Numbered from the stretch's first letter, positions 9,979 through 20,967 are shown. The stretch is DNA of 45,218 nt from an uncultured Dehalococcoidaceae bacterium (GCA_964422155.1 CAYQZZ010000011.1:1-45218), one strand, 5' to 3'. Made by a program: numbers and translations. The notes: generated by a model from the letters alone, not told the origin.

Positions 9979-10428
9979 ATGGATAAAAAAGAAGTTATAA
10001 ACGAGATAATGGAACTGCAGCGACGGATGAGCCAGGTCATGATTCCTTACGCTATTGCGTCCTGGCGAGAACTGGATGTACCTCTAGCCCAGTTGAAAAG
10101 CCTGCTTATTATTGCCGGTAAAGGTGAGACCAATTTCAGTACCTTAGCGCAGGACCTTAGAGTTACCCCTGGGAATGTAACAGGTATCATAGAGCGCCTG
10201 GTAGAGCAGGGCCTTGTGAGCCGCAAGCCTAGCCCTGAGGATCGACGCATAATATGGCTCCAAGCCACAGACAAGGGTCGAGACCTTTTAGCTAACTTGA
10301 TGGAAAGCCAAACCCGTCACATGGTCCGTATTCTGGAGTATATGAGTCTGGAGGACCTTAAATCTCTATTGAGGGGGCTTTCGGGATTTATTCATGCCGT
10401 GGGGGAACATCAAAAGGAATTCAATTAA
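9979..10428 (+). CDS. MarR family transcriptional regulator
   Basis: 149 aa. Winged-helix region DLRVTPGNVTGIIERLVEQGLVSRKPSPEDRRIIWLQATDKG is a MarR signature. Confidence 0.85.
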   Translation: MDKKEVINEIMELQRRMSQVMIPYAIASWRELDVPLAQLKSLLIIAGKGETNFSTLAQDLRVTPGNVTGIIERLVEQGLVSRKPSPEDRRIIWLQATDKGRDLLANLMESQTRHMVRILEYMSLEDLKSLLRGLSGFIHAVGEHQKEFN

Positions 10429-10452
10429 TATTGTATAAAGGAGAATCTTTTT

Positions 10453-13400
10453 ATGTGGCATCTTACTAAATTGGCACTGCGCAGTAGAGTCGTTACCATT
10501 CTACTGGCGCTGGCCGTCGCCGGAGTTTCCATCTTTGCATTCCTGGGACTCAAGGTGGAACTCATACCAGATATCAGTTTCCCTTATACCACGGTGTTTA
10601 CGGTTTACCCTCAGGCCACCCCGGATACCGTGGTGAATGAAGTTACCTCGCCTATCGAAAAAGTTGTCTGGGATGAATGGTCAGGAAAAGGTTTAAAGCA
10701 TGTTACCTCCACGTCTTCCGCCGGTATGTCCATGGTGATGGCGGAGTTCGAGTATGGTACGGATATGACGGCAATGGGCAACAGTCTCAACGAAGGCATC
10801 AGTAAGCTCACCTTACCGCAGGCGGTCATCAATTTCCCCAAGGTGATGGGAAGTAACACTAAAAATCCGCAAATCATTCCCATTAATATGAATATCCTGC
10901 CGCTAATGAATCTGAGCCTATCCGGAGACCTGCCTCCGGAGCAACTCAAGCAGATTGCCGTAACGCAAATCGTCCCTGAGCTTACAAAGGTTGAGGGTGT
11001 ACTCCGGGTGGACACGGAAGGCGGGGATAAGGACCAGGTCGTCATTGCTCCTGACCCGGATAAGATGAACCGGTACGGCGTCTCAATGGCCCAGATTGCG
11101 GGGCTGCTCGGCACCGGCTATTCTTCCCTGAATGAAATCGAAAACACTTCTCTCGGCCTGGATAGCGTCAAACTGTCCGGTGTCGCCATGGTCAGCAAGA
11201 GCCCGCCGCCGTTGTCGGCCATTACGCGCACCAATGGTAAACCCAGCGTGGGCATATCGGTGGTAAAGACGGAAGCGGCCAATACTGTAGAGACCGCCAA
11301 TGCCATTAACGCCAAAGTGGCAGAATTAAAAGGAAAGCTGGGCAGCGGCGTCACTATCAGCACTATCTTTGACCAATCGGATTTCATCAAGGCCAGCATC
11401 AACCAGCTCTGGGAAAAAGCCATTATCGGCGGCGTGCTGGCAATACTGGTGGTCTTTCTCTTCCTCTGGGCGGTTCGCGCCTCGCTGATAACCGCTATCT
11501 CGATTCCCCTGAGTCTTTTAATCGGTTTTTTTTGCATGAGTTTAACCGGGATTACTTTAAACATACTGACCTTAATGGCCATGGCATTGGCCGTCGGCCG
11601 ACTAATCGATGATAGTATCGTGATGGTAGAAATAATTTTCCGCCGCATACGCCGGGGGGAAAACTTCAAGGAGGCAGCCATCGGGGGTGCCAGGGAGGTA
11701 GCCACTCCGATTACCACCGCCACGCTAGCTACCGTAGCTATCTTTATACCGTTGATGTTCGTCGGCGGCATCGTGGGGGAGATATTTATCCCCTTTGCCC
11801 TGACAGTAACATTCGCCATGCTGGCCTCACTACTGGTAGCACTAATGCTGATTCCGGCCCTATCCAAGTGGTTGGTGAGTTCCAAACCGAAAATAATTGC
11901 GATACGGGACAACTGGTACCAGAAAATCTATACCAGGGCGTTAAAATGGACGCTCGGACACCGTGTTACCGTGGTGGCGATTGCCGTCGTGCTGTTGATA
12001 GGCAGTATGGGGCTCCTTTCGGTAACCGGCACTTCTTTCATGTCCGGCGCAATGGGCGAAGCAACCATCTCTGTCAATATCGCCCTGCCGGCTAATACTG
12101 AAATCAGCGCTACCAGCGCCGTTGCGGCTAAAGTAGAGACACTGCTCAGCGGGAATGCGGCGATAAAGAGCTTCCAGTCAACCATCGGTACATCCACCTC
12201 GATGGCCGGTATCATGAGCGCGTCCCAGGGGGGAGGTGGTTCCAATACGGCGACGATAATCGTTTACCTGAAATCCAACGCGGACTTGCAGCAGGAGGTT
12301 TCAGCGATAAATAAAGCCTGCCAGGGTATTGTAGAAAACGGACTTATCACAGTCGGCTCGGATTCCGGGGGCGGAATGGGAGGGGGAGGATTTTCCATTT
12401 CCAATGTGAATCTCTCCGTCCAGGGGCAAAACCAGGAAGATATCGCCAGAGTCACCGCCCAACTCATGGAAAAGCTCCAGGGCGTCAATGGTATCGCCGA
12501 TGTGAAAAGCGATTTGACGACGGTTGTGCCCAAGCTGAATATTGCCGTAGACCCGGCCAAAGCGGCCACTTTAGGATTACCGGCCACCCAGATGGCCCAA
12601 TTGCAGCAGGAGTTCATACTGCTGATGAACGGCGGGACTTTACCCGGGAAGACGGTGACCATTGATAATGAAAGCTATCCCATCTACATCAAGGGGATAG
12701 CCCAGAACCTTAGCGACGCGGAACAAGCGAAAAATCTGAAGATAGGTTTCCCCAAGTCCGTAACCCTGAATGATATCGCCGATGTTGCCATACTGGAACT
12801 GCCATCGCATGTCAGCCATACTGATACGGTACTATCCGCCACAATTACGGGCACAATAACCGATAAAAACGTCGGGACGGTAAACAAGGCAATTCAACAA
12901 CAGGTAGACGCCCTGCCGGCACATCCCGGGGTGAATATAGTGACAGCCGGGATAGCCGAGGAAATGGGTAACACTTTCTCCAGGATGTTTATCGCCATTA
13001 TCGTGGCTATCATCATAGTATTCCTGATAGTTATATTAATGATGCGCTCCATAATCAACCCGTTGATTATCATGGTCAGCCTGCCTTTAGCCTTTATCGG
13101 TTCTATCCCGGCTTTGCTCATCAGCGGCTATACGCTTGGAGTATCGGCTTTGATGGGCTTACTAATGCTCGTAGGGATTGTACTGACGAATGCTATCGTA
13201 CTGGTGTCCATGGTGGAACAACAACGTAAGAACGGCTTGAGTATTCAGGATGCCCTGCTCGAGGGCGGCAAGACACGCTTACGCCCGATACTCATGACCG
13301 CTCTGACCACCATCCTGGCGATGGTTCCCATGGCGGTAAGCGTCAGCTCCGGCAATATGTTAGGCGCCGAGCTAGCGATTGTCGTGATCGGCGGCATGGT

Positions 13401-13485
13401 AAGTTCAACATTCTTGACTTTGTTTGTTATTCCGGCTATTTACAGCCTAGTCCATCGGCGACAAAAACAACCTATTGCCCGATAA
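10453..13485 (+). CDS. Efflux RND transporter permease subunit (AcrB/HAE-type)
   Basis: 1010 aa with 12-TM RND topology (hydrophobic blocks around residues 330-470 and 860-1000). AAGGAG RBS. Starts 24 nt after the MarR gene. Confidence 0.9.
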   Translation: MWHLTKLALRSRVVTILLALAVAGVSIFAFLGLKVELIPDISFPYTTVFTVYPQATPDTVVNEVTSPIEKVVWDEWSGKGLKHVTSTSSAGMSMVMAEFEYGTDMTAMGNSLNEGISKLTLPQAVINFPKVMGSNTKNPQIIPINMNILPLMNLSLSGDLPPEQLKQIAVTQIVPELTKVEGVLRVDTEGGDKDQVVIAPDPDKMNRYGVSMAQIAGLLGTGYSSLNEIENTSLGLDSVKLSGVAMVSKSPPPLSAITRTNGKPSVGISVVKTEAANTVETANAINAKVAELKGKLGSGVTISTIFDQSDFIKASINQLWEKAIIGGVLAILVVFLFLWAVRASLITAISIPLSLLIGFFCMSLTGITLNILTLMAMALAVGRLIDDSIVMVEIIFRRIRRGENFKEAAIGGAREVATPITTATLATVAIFIPLMFVGGIVGEIFIPFALTVTFAMLASLLVALMLIPALSKWLVSSKPKIIAIRDNWYQKIYTRALKWTLGHRVTVVAIAVVLLIGSMGLLSVTGTSFMSGAMGEATISVNIALPANTEISATSAVAAKVETLLSGNAAIKSFQSTIGTSTSMAGIMSASQGGGGSNTATIIVYLKSNADLQQEVSAINKACQGIVENGLITVGSDSGGGMGGGGFSISNVNLSVQGQNQEDIARVTAQLMEKLQGVNGIADVKSDLTTVVPKLNIAVDPAKAATLGLPATQMAQLQQEFILLMNGGTLPGKTVTIDNESYPIYIKGIAQNLSDAEQAKNLKIGFPKSVTLNDIADVAILELPSHVSHTDTVLSATITGTITDKNVGTVNKAIQQQVDALPAHPGVNIVTAGIAEEMGNTFSRMFIAIIVAIIIVFLIVILMMRSIINPLIIMVSLPLAFIGSIPALLISGYTLGVSALMGLLMLVGIVLTNAIVLVSMVEQQRKNGLSIQDALLEGGKTRLRPILMTALTTILAMVPMAVSVSSGNMLGAELAIVVIGGMVSSTFLTLFVIPAIYSLVHRRQKQPIAR

Positions 13486-13497
13486 TAAATTAAGCCA

Positions 13498-13540
13498 ACC
13501 TCAGGGACGCTCTCCTGAATCAATTCAGCGTCCCTGAGAA
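13498..13540. terminator. Bidirectional stem-loop between the convergent RND and TRAP genes
   Basis: CTCAGGGACGCT...AGCGTCCCTGAG, a 12-bp perfect stem with a roughly 15-nt loop, placed between two convergent genes. It has no strong T-tract. Confidence 0.45.
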
Positions 13541-13832
13541 CTTCCCGTTTGAACTGCAATCTCCAAGTGACCTTACGATAAAATACCTACCTCACATTCT
13601 GTTGGATTAAGATTCAACAAAATGAGTATTTGTTACCTCAAGCAGAGTTAATAATCCCCTATTATTGCCGGCTGGCTGGCTGATACCACGGGGACATTGG
13701 TCTGGTCATTTTATTTAACCATGACCGGCGGTATATTATCCCTGATTTTACTAATAATAGCCTGGAGAAAATCCGCTTCTTGCGGAGAGTACTGAAAAAG
13801 AGGTGTAGGATTCGGACTGTTTCAGTTGGAGA

Positions 13833-15137
13833 TTAATATGTCATAAAACTGGGTAGCCAGGTAGCAAGAGCTGGAAAAACCATAAGTAAGACAGCTAAAA
13901 CGAACATGCACGCTAAAAATGGGAATATGCCCTTATAGATAGTGGTCAGAGGTACCCCTTCGGCGACTCCATAAATGACAAAAACATTTATTCCTACTGG
14001 GGGCGCGATAACGCCCATTTCTACCAGTACGACCATGATAACACCAAACCATATAGGGTCCCATCCTACCGACAATATGAGTGGATAAAATATGGGAATT
14101 GTCAATACGATCAGGGCAAGCTCATCCATAAACATGCTGATAACGTAATATATGGCTATTACCGCAATCAGCACCAGGTATTTATTCATGTGCATGGCTT
14201 CTACCCAGTTAACCAGCATAGTAGGTATATTGGTAACTGTTAAAAAGTGCCCAAAAACAAAAGCCCCGGCTACTATTACCATGATAAAGCAATTTATTCT
14301 TATAGCATCCCTGACACCGTTTAAAAATCCCTGCCAGGTAAGCTGTCTCCTGACCAGACCGATAACGATGACGCCGGCAGTTCCCGCAGCGGCAGCGTAG
14401 GTGGGGCTGAACCATCCCAGGAATATTCCCAGTATCACCAGTAAAAACAAAACTAATGCTTCAATTATTCCGGTCATGCCCTGGATTTTTTGCTTCCACG
14501 TGGTTGGGCCGCCGGGAGGGGCTAATTTGGGGTTGCGGATAGTTATAATTAATACCGTAACGGCAAAAAGAGTTGCCAGTATGATACCAGGAATAACACC
14601 TGATATAAATAACTTGCCTATGGAATTTTCAGTCATGATGCCATAGACAAGGAATATGGTACTGGGCGGGATGAGAATTCCCAGACTACCGGCAGCAGCC
14701 ACGCATCCTGTTGCCAGCGCATCGTCATATTTGTATCTTTTCATTTCAGGTAAAGAGACCCTGCCCATGGCCGCGGCGGTAGCATTAGTCGAGCCGCAGA
14801 TAGCAGAAAACATAGCACAAGCGGCTATGGTGGATATCGCCAGTCCGCCTGGCAGTCTACCAAACATGGTATATCCCGCATCGTACAATCGCCGGCTGAT
14901 GCCGGTATAGAAGGCAAGCGTACCCATCAGGATAAACATGGTTATGGCAGTATACGAATACGAAGAAAAAACGTCGAAAAGGTCTCTGGTAACAATGCTT
15001 AACCCCGGCCCGAGGCCCCTCAAAGCTGAGAAGCCGATAATACCGACAAGAGCCATGGCAAAACCGATGGGCATGCGCAGAAGAAAGAGAATGACCATGA
15101 AGACAGTCAGGACAATAGCAAGAGTTACCGGATTCAT
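13833..15137 (-). CDS. dctM: TRAP transporter large permease subunit
   Basis: 434-aa polytopic membrane protein. 4-nt overlap with the upstream small-subunit gene. Confidence 0.9.
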   Translation of the reverse strand: MNPVTLAIVLTVFMVILFLLRMPIGFAMALVGIIGFSALRGLGPGLSIVTRDLFDVFSSYSYTAITMFILMGTLAFYTGISRRLYDAGYTMFGRLPGGLAISTIAACAMFSAICGSTNATAAAMGRVSLPEMKRYKYDDALATGCVAAAGSLGILIPPSTIFLVYGIMTENSIGKLFISGVIPGIILATLFAVTVLIITIRNPKLAPPGGPTTWKQKIQGMTGIIEALVLFLLVILGIFLGWFSPTYAAAAGTAGVIVIGLVRRQLTWQGFLNGVRDAIRINCFIMVIVAGAFVFGHFLTVTNIPTMLVNWVEAMHMNKYLVLIAVIAIYYVISMFMDELALIVLTIPIFYPLILSVGWDPIWFGVIMVVLVEMGVIAPPVGINVFVIYGVAEGVPLTTIYKGIFPFLACMFVLAVLLMVFPALATWLPSFMTY

Positions 15138-15619
15138 CTGGTCCGCATCCTGAAAATATTAATGGTCTGCAGCAAGAGAACCAGAATGACAACTATGGCA
15201 CAGATACCCTGGAACCAGATAAAAGGGTAAATGGGCATTTCCACGGTCATGGAAACTTCACCTGATCTGAGTATGTCTATTCCGTACAGGAAACTTCTCC
15301 AGGCGACAATGCTCCAGAGTATTATCCCCAATACGTTTACGAATAAACCGATGATTTTTCGCCAGAATCGTGATAGCCGTGCTTCCAGAACCTCAACCTC
15401 AATATGACCATGATTTACCTGGACCTCAGGAATAGCGAAGACAATAGCTATCACCGCGACTAAACCGATACTATCAAATGACCAATTTAAGGGATTTTTA
15501 AATACTTTGTTCATGATTATATCGGCCACGGAAATTAATAATACGTAAATCATGCCGATACCAGCAATGACATGGAACCATTTAGACAAGGGAGTCATAA
15601 ATTTATCAAATTTTCCCAT
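15134..15619 (-). CDS. dctQ: TRAP transporter small permease subunit
   Basis: 161 aa with 4 TM segments. Overlaps dctM by 4 nt. Confidence 0.8.
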   Translation of the reverse strand: MGKFDKFMTPLSKWFHVIAGIGMIYVLLISVADIIMNKVFKNPLNWSFDSIGLVAVIAIVFAIPEVQVNHGHIEVEVLEARLSRFWRKIIGLFVNVLGIILWSIVAWRSFLYGIDILRSGEVSMTVEMPIYPFIWFQGICAIVVILVLLLQTINIFRMRTR

Positions 15620-15745
15620 TACAAAACATTCTCGTCATTATATTTTAAGAATATATGGTACTACCCCTGTATCGTTTAAAATCAGGGATGCACCGGTCTT
15701 AATCAGGACCAATGCATCCCCAATCTTTGTTTTTGAGCCTGGTAT

Positions 15746-16846
15746 CTATTTAGGTGCGAATGGAACTATATTTTTGTCTGCCCAATCGAGACACTCTTTC
15801 TCTGATGGGGCTTTCTTTCCCAATGTTGATACCCGCTCTATGAGGTATTTTTCATATTCAGCTACAGGACCCTTTGATGCTCTATCTGTTATATAGGCGT
15901 CAAGTGCCGGTTTGGCAGCGGCGACAAATCTTGCCATCTCATCTGGGGATAGCTCGATAAGTTCCTTGCCCGGCATCGATTTGAAGAGGTCAATGGCCGC
16001 TTTATCATAGGCTGTCCAGGACATAGCGTGTTTGTCTACCCATTGCTCGCTGATTTTGGTAATCTTATCCTGGATGTCTTTGGGAAGGGAATCCCACTTG
16101 GCTTTGTTCATACAAACGTAGAAGCCGGCGGTACTGCCTATTCCATAGGTGCCGGTCACGTAGTTGACCACCTCTGCCTGTTTCCATCCCTTAAGCGGCT
16201 CACGCGGAGTAAAGCTACCATCAATGGTGCCTTTGGACATCAGTTCATAGGCATCACCCTGACCGGCCGCGTAACCCTTGGCGCCCAGGGCTTCGATAAT
16301 TTTCGCACCGATACCCGTAGAACGGATAACCATACCCTTCAGGTCTTCCAGCTTTCTAACGGGTTTTTTGGTGGTGTAAATAACCTGTGGCCCGTGGGCA
16401 TGGAAATACAATAAGTGATATTTATCCCATTCGGCCAGCTTGTATTTACTCAGGAAATCCCAGGCAGTTTTGGTAGCTGTCCAGCCATCGGGATAGTTAT
16501 GAGGCATATCAATCAATTCACTGAGAGGAAAACGGCCCAGGGTGTAGGCGGTGCAGGACATACCGATATCAGCAATACCGGTTTCGACAGCATCGGCGAT
16601 TTTATTAGAGGCCGCCAGTTGCCCGGCAGGGTAATAGGTAATTTCCACCCGCCCGTTGGTCTGTTTTTTAATTTCGTCGCACCATTGTTTGGCGAGAATT
16701 GAGTTCCAGTTGGTCGGGGGGAAGAAATCGGCGTAGGTTAATTTAATAACTTCAGTGGGTTGGGTGGTTGCTTGGCAGGCAGAAAGGACAGGCAATAATA
16801 CAACTACCAAGGTAAGAGTAATTAAAACTAATAAAAATCTTTTCAT
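15746..16846 (-). CDS. dctP: TRAP transporter substrate-binding protein (lipoprotein)
   Basis: 366 aa. Lipoprotein signal ...LLPVLSAC. DctP-like fold. AAGGAGG RBS. Confidence 0.9.
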   Translation of the reverse strand: MKRFLLVLITLTLVVVLLPVLSACQATTQPTEVIKLTYADFFPPTNWNSILAKQWCDEIKKQTNGRVEITYYPAGQLAASNKIADAVETGIADIGMSCTAYTLGRFPLSELIDMPHNYPDGWTATKTAWDFLSKYKLAEWDKYHLLYFHAHGPQVIYTTKKPVRKLEDLKGMVIRSTGIGAKIIEALGAKGYAAGQGDAYELMSKGTIDGSFTPREPLKGWKQAEVVNYVTGTYGIGSTAGFYVCMNKAKWDSLPKDIQDKITKISEQWVDKHAMSWTAYDKAAIDLFKSMPGKELIELSPDEMARFVAAAKPALDAYITDRASKGPVAEYEKYLIERVSTLGKKAPSEKECLDWADKNIVPFAPK

Positions 16847-17369
16847 TTATTTACCTCCTTAAGTATTGGCAATCGCCTTCAGGCTTGATTTCGCTCACAT
16901 GATATCGTCACCTCCTGTTTATGATTTTTGTATGTGTCGCATTAATATGCTTAAAAAAACTGTCAATACTCCTTGCTTTGTTCCAACCTATTGACCTAAA
17001 TTACAACAATATTTAGCGAATGTCAATCGGGTGGAAGGTTAAGTAGTAAGTGATATTTATTAATTATGCTTTACCTGAGCGTGGTAACCTTGGGAGCGGT
17101 ATAAATATTATTTCCCGGGTGATTTAACGACATGCCGGGTCCGGAGCTTTATATACGATAATTGAGGAATAAGGTCAGTTTGGCCGTCCGTTATGGGCTT
17201 AATTCCTACTTCTTCATAGGTATCAATCTACTATCTTGTTACCTTCGCTAATATGAAAAGAAAATGCAACCCTTCATTTACAGGTTAATAATGTCTGCCG
17301 CTTTGGGCTTAGGGCTAACGTCATTCTTTCTCTGCCTAACAAGAATAGGTTTACGTTCTTCGCGAGACA

Positions 17370-18833
17370 TTAGGGTAGCATAAGGGCCCAGCAACGCTCA
17401 TATTGGCGGTGATAAAATTCCGGTAAAACATCCGTCTCATGTTCGTGAAAAACTCTGAATTGTTTATCAGTATTTAATAAATTCAATATATCGCGAAGTC
17501 TCCCAATCATTTGCTGGTTACTCAGAGTTTTAACTAAGTTGTATCCGGATGGGAATGGGGCAGGAGCGTTCTTTAGTCTTTTTAGGAGCATACTTCCGGA
17601 AGAAATGTAAGAAACCATATCAATGAGTTTCTCATAAAAGACTACCGGACTATAATTCTTTAGCGTATGTACCAGGTATGGCATGTAATAAAAAGTAAAC
17701 GGCATGGCTGTCAAGATACGGCCTTCGCTTAAATATCTTTCGTATAGCGGAGTGTTTCCAAAGGGGACCGGAATATTAAAATTCGGCATAACGAAAGGAA
17801 CTCGAGATGCGAATTCCTTGGTCAACTCTACAGGTTCATCCCCTGTATCCACATCCAGACCGAAGATAAAATTGGCTTGAATTCCGGTAACGTAAGGCCG
17901 AATGATATTAAAATGCTCTATGACTTTTTCCAGTTTTTGTCGAGGAGCTATGATAGAGCCAGCTCCAGGCTTGTTTGAATAACCTGTCCATGATTCGATG
18001 CCCGGAATTATATAGAACTTCCCCAGGTTTTTCAGCCGCTCCAATCTGGAACCCCGCAGGATGGAGAGTGAAGTTTCCATCATATAACTGCTACGCCTGC
18101 GATTGGGTATCTTTTCCAGTACATCGAAGACTTGCTCGAATTTCACGGCAAAGTTGGGATCATGTAAACCGATCATCACCCTGGGGAAATGTTGGAAGAT
18201 ATAGCGCATATCTGCTTCTAGCTGGTCCAAAGATAAAAGTACATAGGGATTATTCCAATCAATACAGAAATCACAAGAATTAGGACAGCCAATGCTGGTT
18301 AACAACGGAATTGAAGTAAAAGGAAAGGGTTTACCCCTCAGGAAAGTGGATGCGCGGATTTCCGGCATTCGTTCTTGTACACTGGGGATACTGCCAAGGG
18401 CGCGCCCACTGGTGAGAATTTCTCCCCGAGGGGCATCTCTTAAAATCTCAGTTATTAGAGTCTTATCACAATCACGCACAACGATATCAAAGAAACGCAG
18501 ACAATCCTCGGGAAATTGTTTAGCATGAGGACCGCCCATGACCGTAAGCGTTTTCTCCTTGCGATACAGTTTTGCCAGCGCGTATGCCAGTGCACTTGCC
18601 TGAGTATAAGTTGAGATGAACACAACATCCAGATCGTTTGGTAGCAGTTGCTTGGGATCCTTATTGCCAAAATAGGTGGCATAGAAAACTTCGTGGCCCA
18701 GATTACGGCACCAGACGCTAATTGCCTGAGGCATGATACTGGCATATTGCTTGGTAACCAGATAGTTATATGCTGTATGATCCCATCTTCTGGTGGATCC
18801 GGCTCTCAATAGCTCAAGGATTCCTATTCTCAT
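17370..18833 (-). CDS. B12-binding domain-containing radical SAM protein (class B radical SAM)
   Basis: 487 aa. N-terminal cobalamin-binding-like domain followed by CPNSCDFC (CxxxCxxC) radical SAM cluster motif. Confidence 0.8.
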   Translation of the reverse strand: MRIGILELLRAGSTRRWDHTAYNYLVTKQYASIMPQAISVWCRNLGHEVFYATYFGNKDPKQLLPNDLDVVFISTYTQASALAYALAKLYRKEKTLTVMGGPHAKQFPEDCLRFFDIVVRDCDKTLITEILRDAPRGEILTSGRALGSIPSVQERMPEIRASTFLRGKPFPFTSIPLLTSIGCPNSCDFCIDWNNPYVLLSLDQLEADMRYIFQHFPRVMIGLHDPNFAVKFEQVFDVLEKIPNRRRSSYMMETSLSILRGSRLERLKNLGKFYIIPGIESWTGYSNKPGAGSIIAPRQKLEKVIEHFNIIRPYVTGIQANFIFGLDVDTGDEPVELTKEFASRVPFVMPNFNIPVPFGNTPLYERYLSEGRILTAMPFTFYYMPYLVHTLKNYSPVVFYEKLIDMVSYISSGSMLLKRLKNAPAPFPSGYNLVKTLSNQQMIGRLRDILNLLNTDKQFRVFHEHETDVLPEFYHRQYERCWALMLP

Positions 18834-19059
18834 ATCCCACTTTCCCCGTGTATTTTACCGCAAACGGGGTTTCTATGCGTTGCGGCTTTGACATTAATTT
18901 AAAGCGCCAAAAAACCAACCCATCAACTAAAAATAGATGGATTCGTACTAAACCGGGACAAAAGCACGAAACACCTATCCGTTTGACCTATGTTACCGGC
19001 TTCTTCAAAGGTAACTAAATGAGTTTTTATTACCTCAAATACCCCAGAAAGTTTGGTGT

Positions 19060-19752
19060 CTAGCTTTCTTTTACAGCTACAACAATTTCGCCAGGTAGGC
19101 CAAACAACTTTATTTTCTCCTCTTTTCTTATTTCGTATCCAGAATCCCTTAATGACTGCTCCAAATAGATAGGCCTGCAATCAACATATTTGGGCCACTT
19201 TCTATGTGCCCATTCATAAAGCCTCAGTAATAGAGATTCCCCGTTCTTTTTGGACATGCTGATAACCCCGATCCTACCCCTGGGCTTGAGGACTCTCTTC
19301 ACCTCTTCGAGCAGCCTTGGGATCTCAAGAGTATCGAAAAGCTCAAGGGTAAAGCTCATAAAGACCGCATCGAAAGTGTTGTCACCATACGGTAGACTCG
19401 TAGCATCTCCGCAATATAGCTTCACCCTATCCATCAGTTGGACCTTATCAAGCCTTCTCCTTGTGACATCCAGCATACCTGAGGAAATATCCACACCATA
19501 GACTTTGCCCGTCTTGCCAACGGACTCGGCCAATCGCTTTAAACAGTGCCCAGGCCCAAAACCGATTTCGAGCACGGTTGCGCCCTCTTCGACAGATAGC
19601 CGTTCAACAGCCATTTCGGCATATTTTCGCTCGAACGCTCCGGTAAGGTAATCGTAGACCCTGCTTATGCGGTCGTAGAAGCGTTTAGCTTCTTCTTTGC
19701 TTCTGCGAACAGGAAGTATATCTGGAGCTATTAAACCATTTTCCTCTTTCAT
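19060..19752 (-). CDS. Class I SAM-dependent methyltransferase (UbiE/COQ5-like)
   Basis: 230 aa. Motif I VLEIGFGPGHCLKRLAE. Motif post-I VYGVDIS. Confidence 0.85.
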   Translation of the reverse strand: MKEENGLIAPDILPVRRSKEEAKRFYDRISRVYDYLTGAFERKYAEMAVERLSVEEGATVLEIGFGPGHCLKRLAESVGKTGKVYGVDISSGMLDVTRRRLDKVQLMDRVKLYCGDATSLPYGDNTFDAVFMSFTLELFDTLEIPRLLEEVKRVLKPRGRIGVISMSKKNGESLLLRLYEWAHRKWPKYVDCRPIYLEQSLRDSGYEIRKEEKIKLFGLPGEIVVAVKES

Positions 19753-19950
19753 GTTTCTATATCAAAACTATCACACTCTCAAATTCATGTAAACTGCCCT
19801 AATACGCACCGAGGGTGATGAACAATTGTTAGTTGTGCAACCTCGCCATCCAACGATAAGTCATAATGTAGCTGTGTTCCGAGGGAAGGAAGGAATTTGT
19901 AATATTTTGCCATTTATATTACGCTATATAACAATATAACGGAGGAAATA

Positions 19951-20922
19951 ATGAAAGATTTTGTTGGTAAAGTATGTTTTATAACCGGAGGCGCTTCTGG
20001 TGCCGGGTTCGGTCAGGCAAAGGTGTTTTCAGAGGCAGGCTGCAAGATTGCGATTGCAGATATTCGTCAGGACCATCTGGACGAGGCAAAGGCGTACTTC
20101 CGGGAGAAAAAGGTTAAAGTCCATGCGATAAGACTGGACATTACGGACCGCCAGGCATACGCGGCGGCGGCAGATGAGGTAGAAGAGGTGTTCGGTAGCC
20201 CTCCGCAGCTTTTATTCAATACGGCGGGTGTCAATGCCTTTGGTCCGGCTGAAGCCTCGACATTTGAAGATTATGATTGGGTAATGGGTGTTTGTCTTGG
20301 CGGCGTCATCAACGGTATGGTGACATTCGTGCCGCGTATGATAAAAGCCGGCAAGGGAGGCTATATCGCCACGACTTCCTCGATGGGAGGTTTTATGGGA
20401 ACATCCGGGTGTGCTCCATACTCGGCTGCCAAAGCCGCAGTTAATAATCTCATGGAGAGTTATTATCAGGCGCTCAAACCGTATGGTATAGGTGTATCTG
20501 TCCTGTGCCCGGGTGGTATCAAGTCAAATATTGCCGAGGCATCATTTACACGGCCAAAGCATCTGGCAAACACCGGGTATAATATTAATAAAAAGACAAT
20601 TGAATTTATGCGTTACCATTACTCTTTTGGAATAGACCCTGTGGAGCTGGCATACATACTTAAGAAGGGGATTGAAAACGAGCAACTCTTTATTATCCCG
20701 GTCCCGGACCCGGAGAGAATGTTGAGGGACAATTTTGAGCGGATTATCAATTATGCCACTCCTGAAGGCATGCAGAGACAGGAAGAGCTGATGAAGAAGC
20801 GCATGGAAGAAATGAGGAAACGCATGGGCAACAGTCCCATGATGGAGGGTGCAGTCGAAGCCGGATGGGGGAAAGCCAGGAAGGATATAACGTGGGTCAA
20901 AGAACACAGGGGCCCCTTTTAA
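19951..20922 (+). CDS. SDR family oxidoreductase with about 90-aa C-terminal extension (SDR-A, paired with selenoprotein A)
   Basis: 323 aa. ITGGASGAGFG motif and YSAAK catalytic motif. GGAGGA RBS. Paralog of 24568-25515. Confidence 0.9.
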   Translation: MKDFVGKVCFITGGASGAGFGQAKVFSEAGCKIAIADIRQDHLDEAKAYFREKKVKVHAIRLDITDRQAYAAAADEVEEVFGSPPQLLFNTAGVNAFGPAEASTFEDYDWVMGVCLGGVINGMVTFVPRMIKAGKGGYIATTSSMGGFMGTSGCAPYSAAKAAVNNLMESYYQALKPYGIGVSVLCPGGIKSNIAEASFTRPKHLANTGYNINKKTIEFMRYHYSFGIDPVELAYILKKGIENEQLFIIPVPDPERMLRDNFERIINYATPEGMQRQEELMKKRMEEMRKRMGNSPMMEGAVEAGWGKARKDITWVKEHRGPF

Positions 20923-20967
20923 ATCGAAGATTCAACTAAATGTTGAACATTCGAATGGAGGATAATA

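Noticed and set aside
13486-13832. Possible mobile-element scar between the RND and TRAP loci
   Set aside because: It contains only a long hairpin and AT-rich sequence. There are no inverted-repeat termini or transposase remnants, so I treat it as a convergent terminator region.
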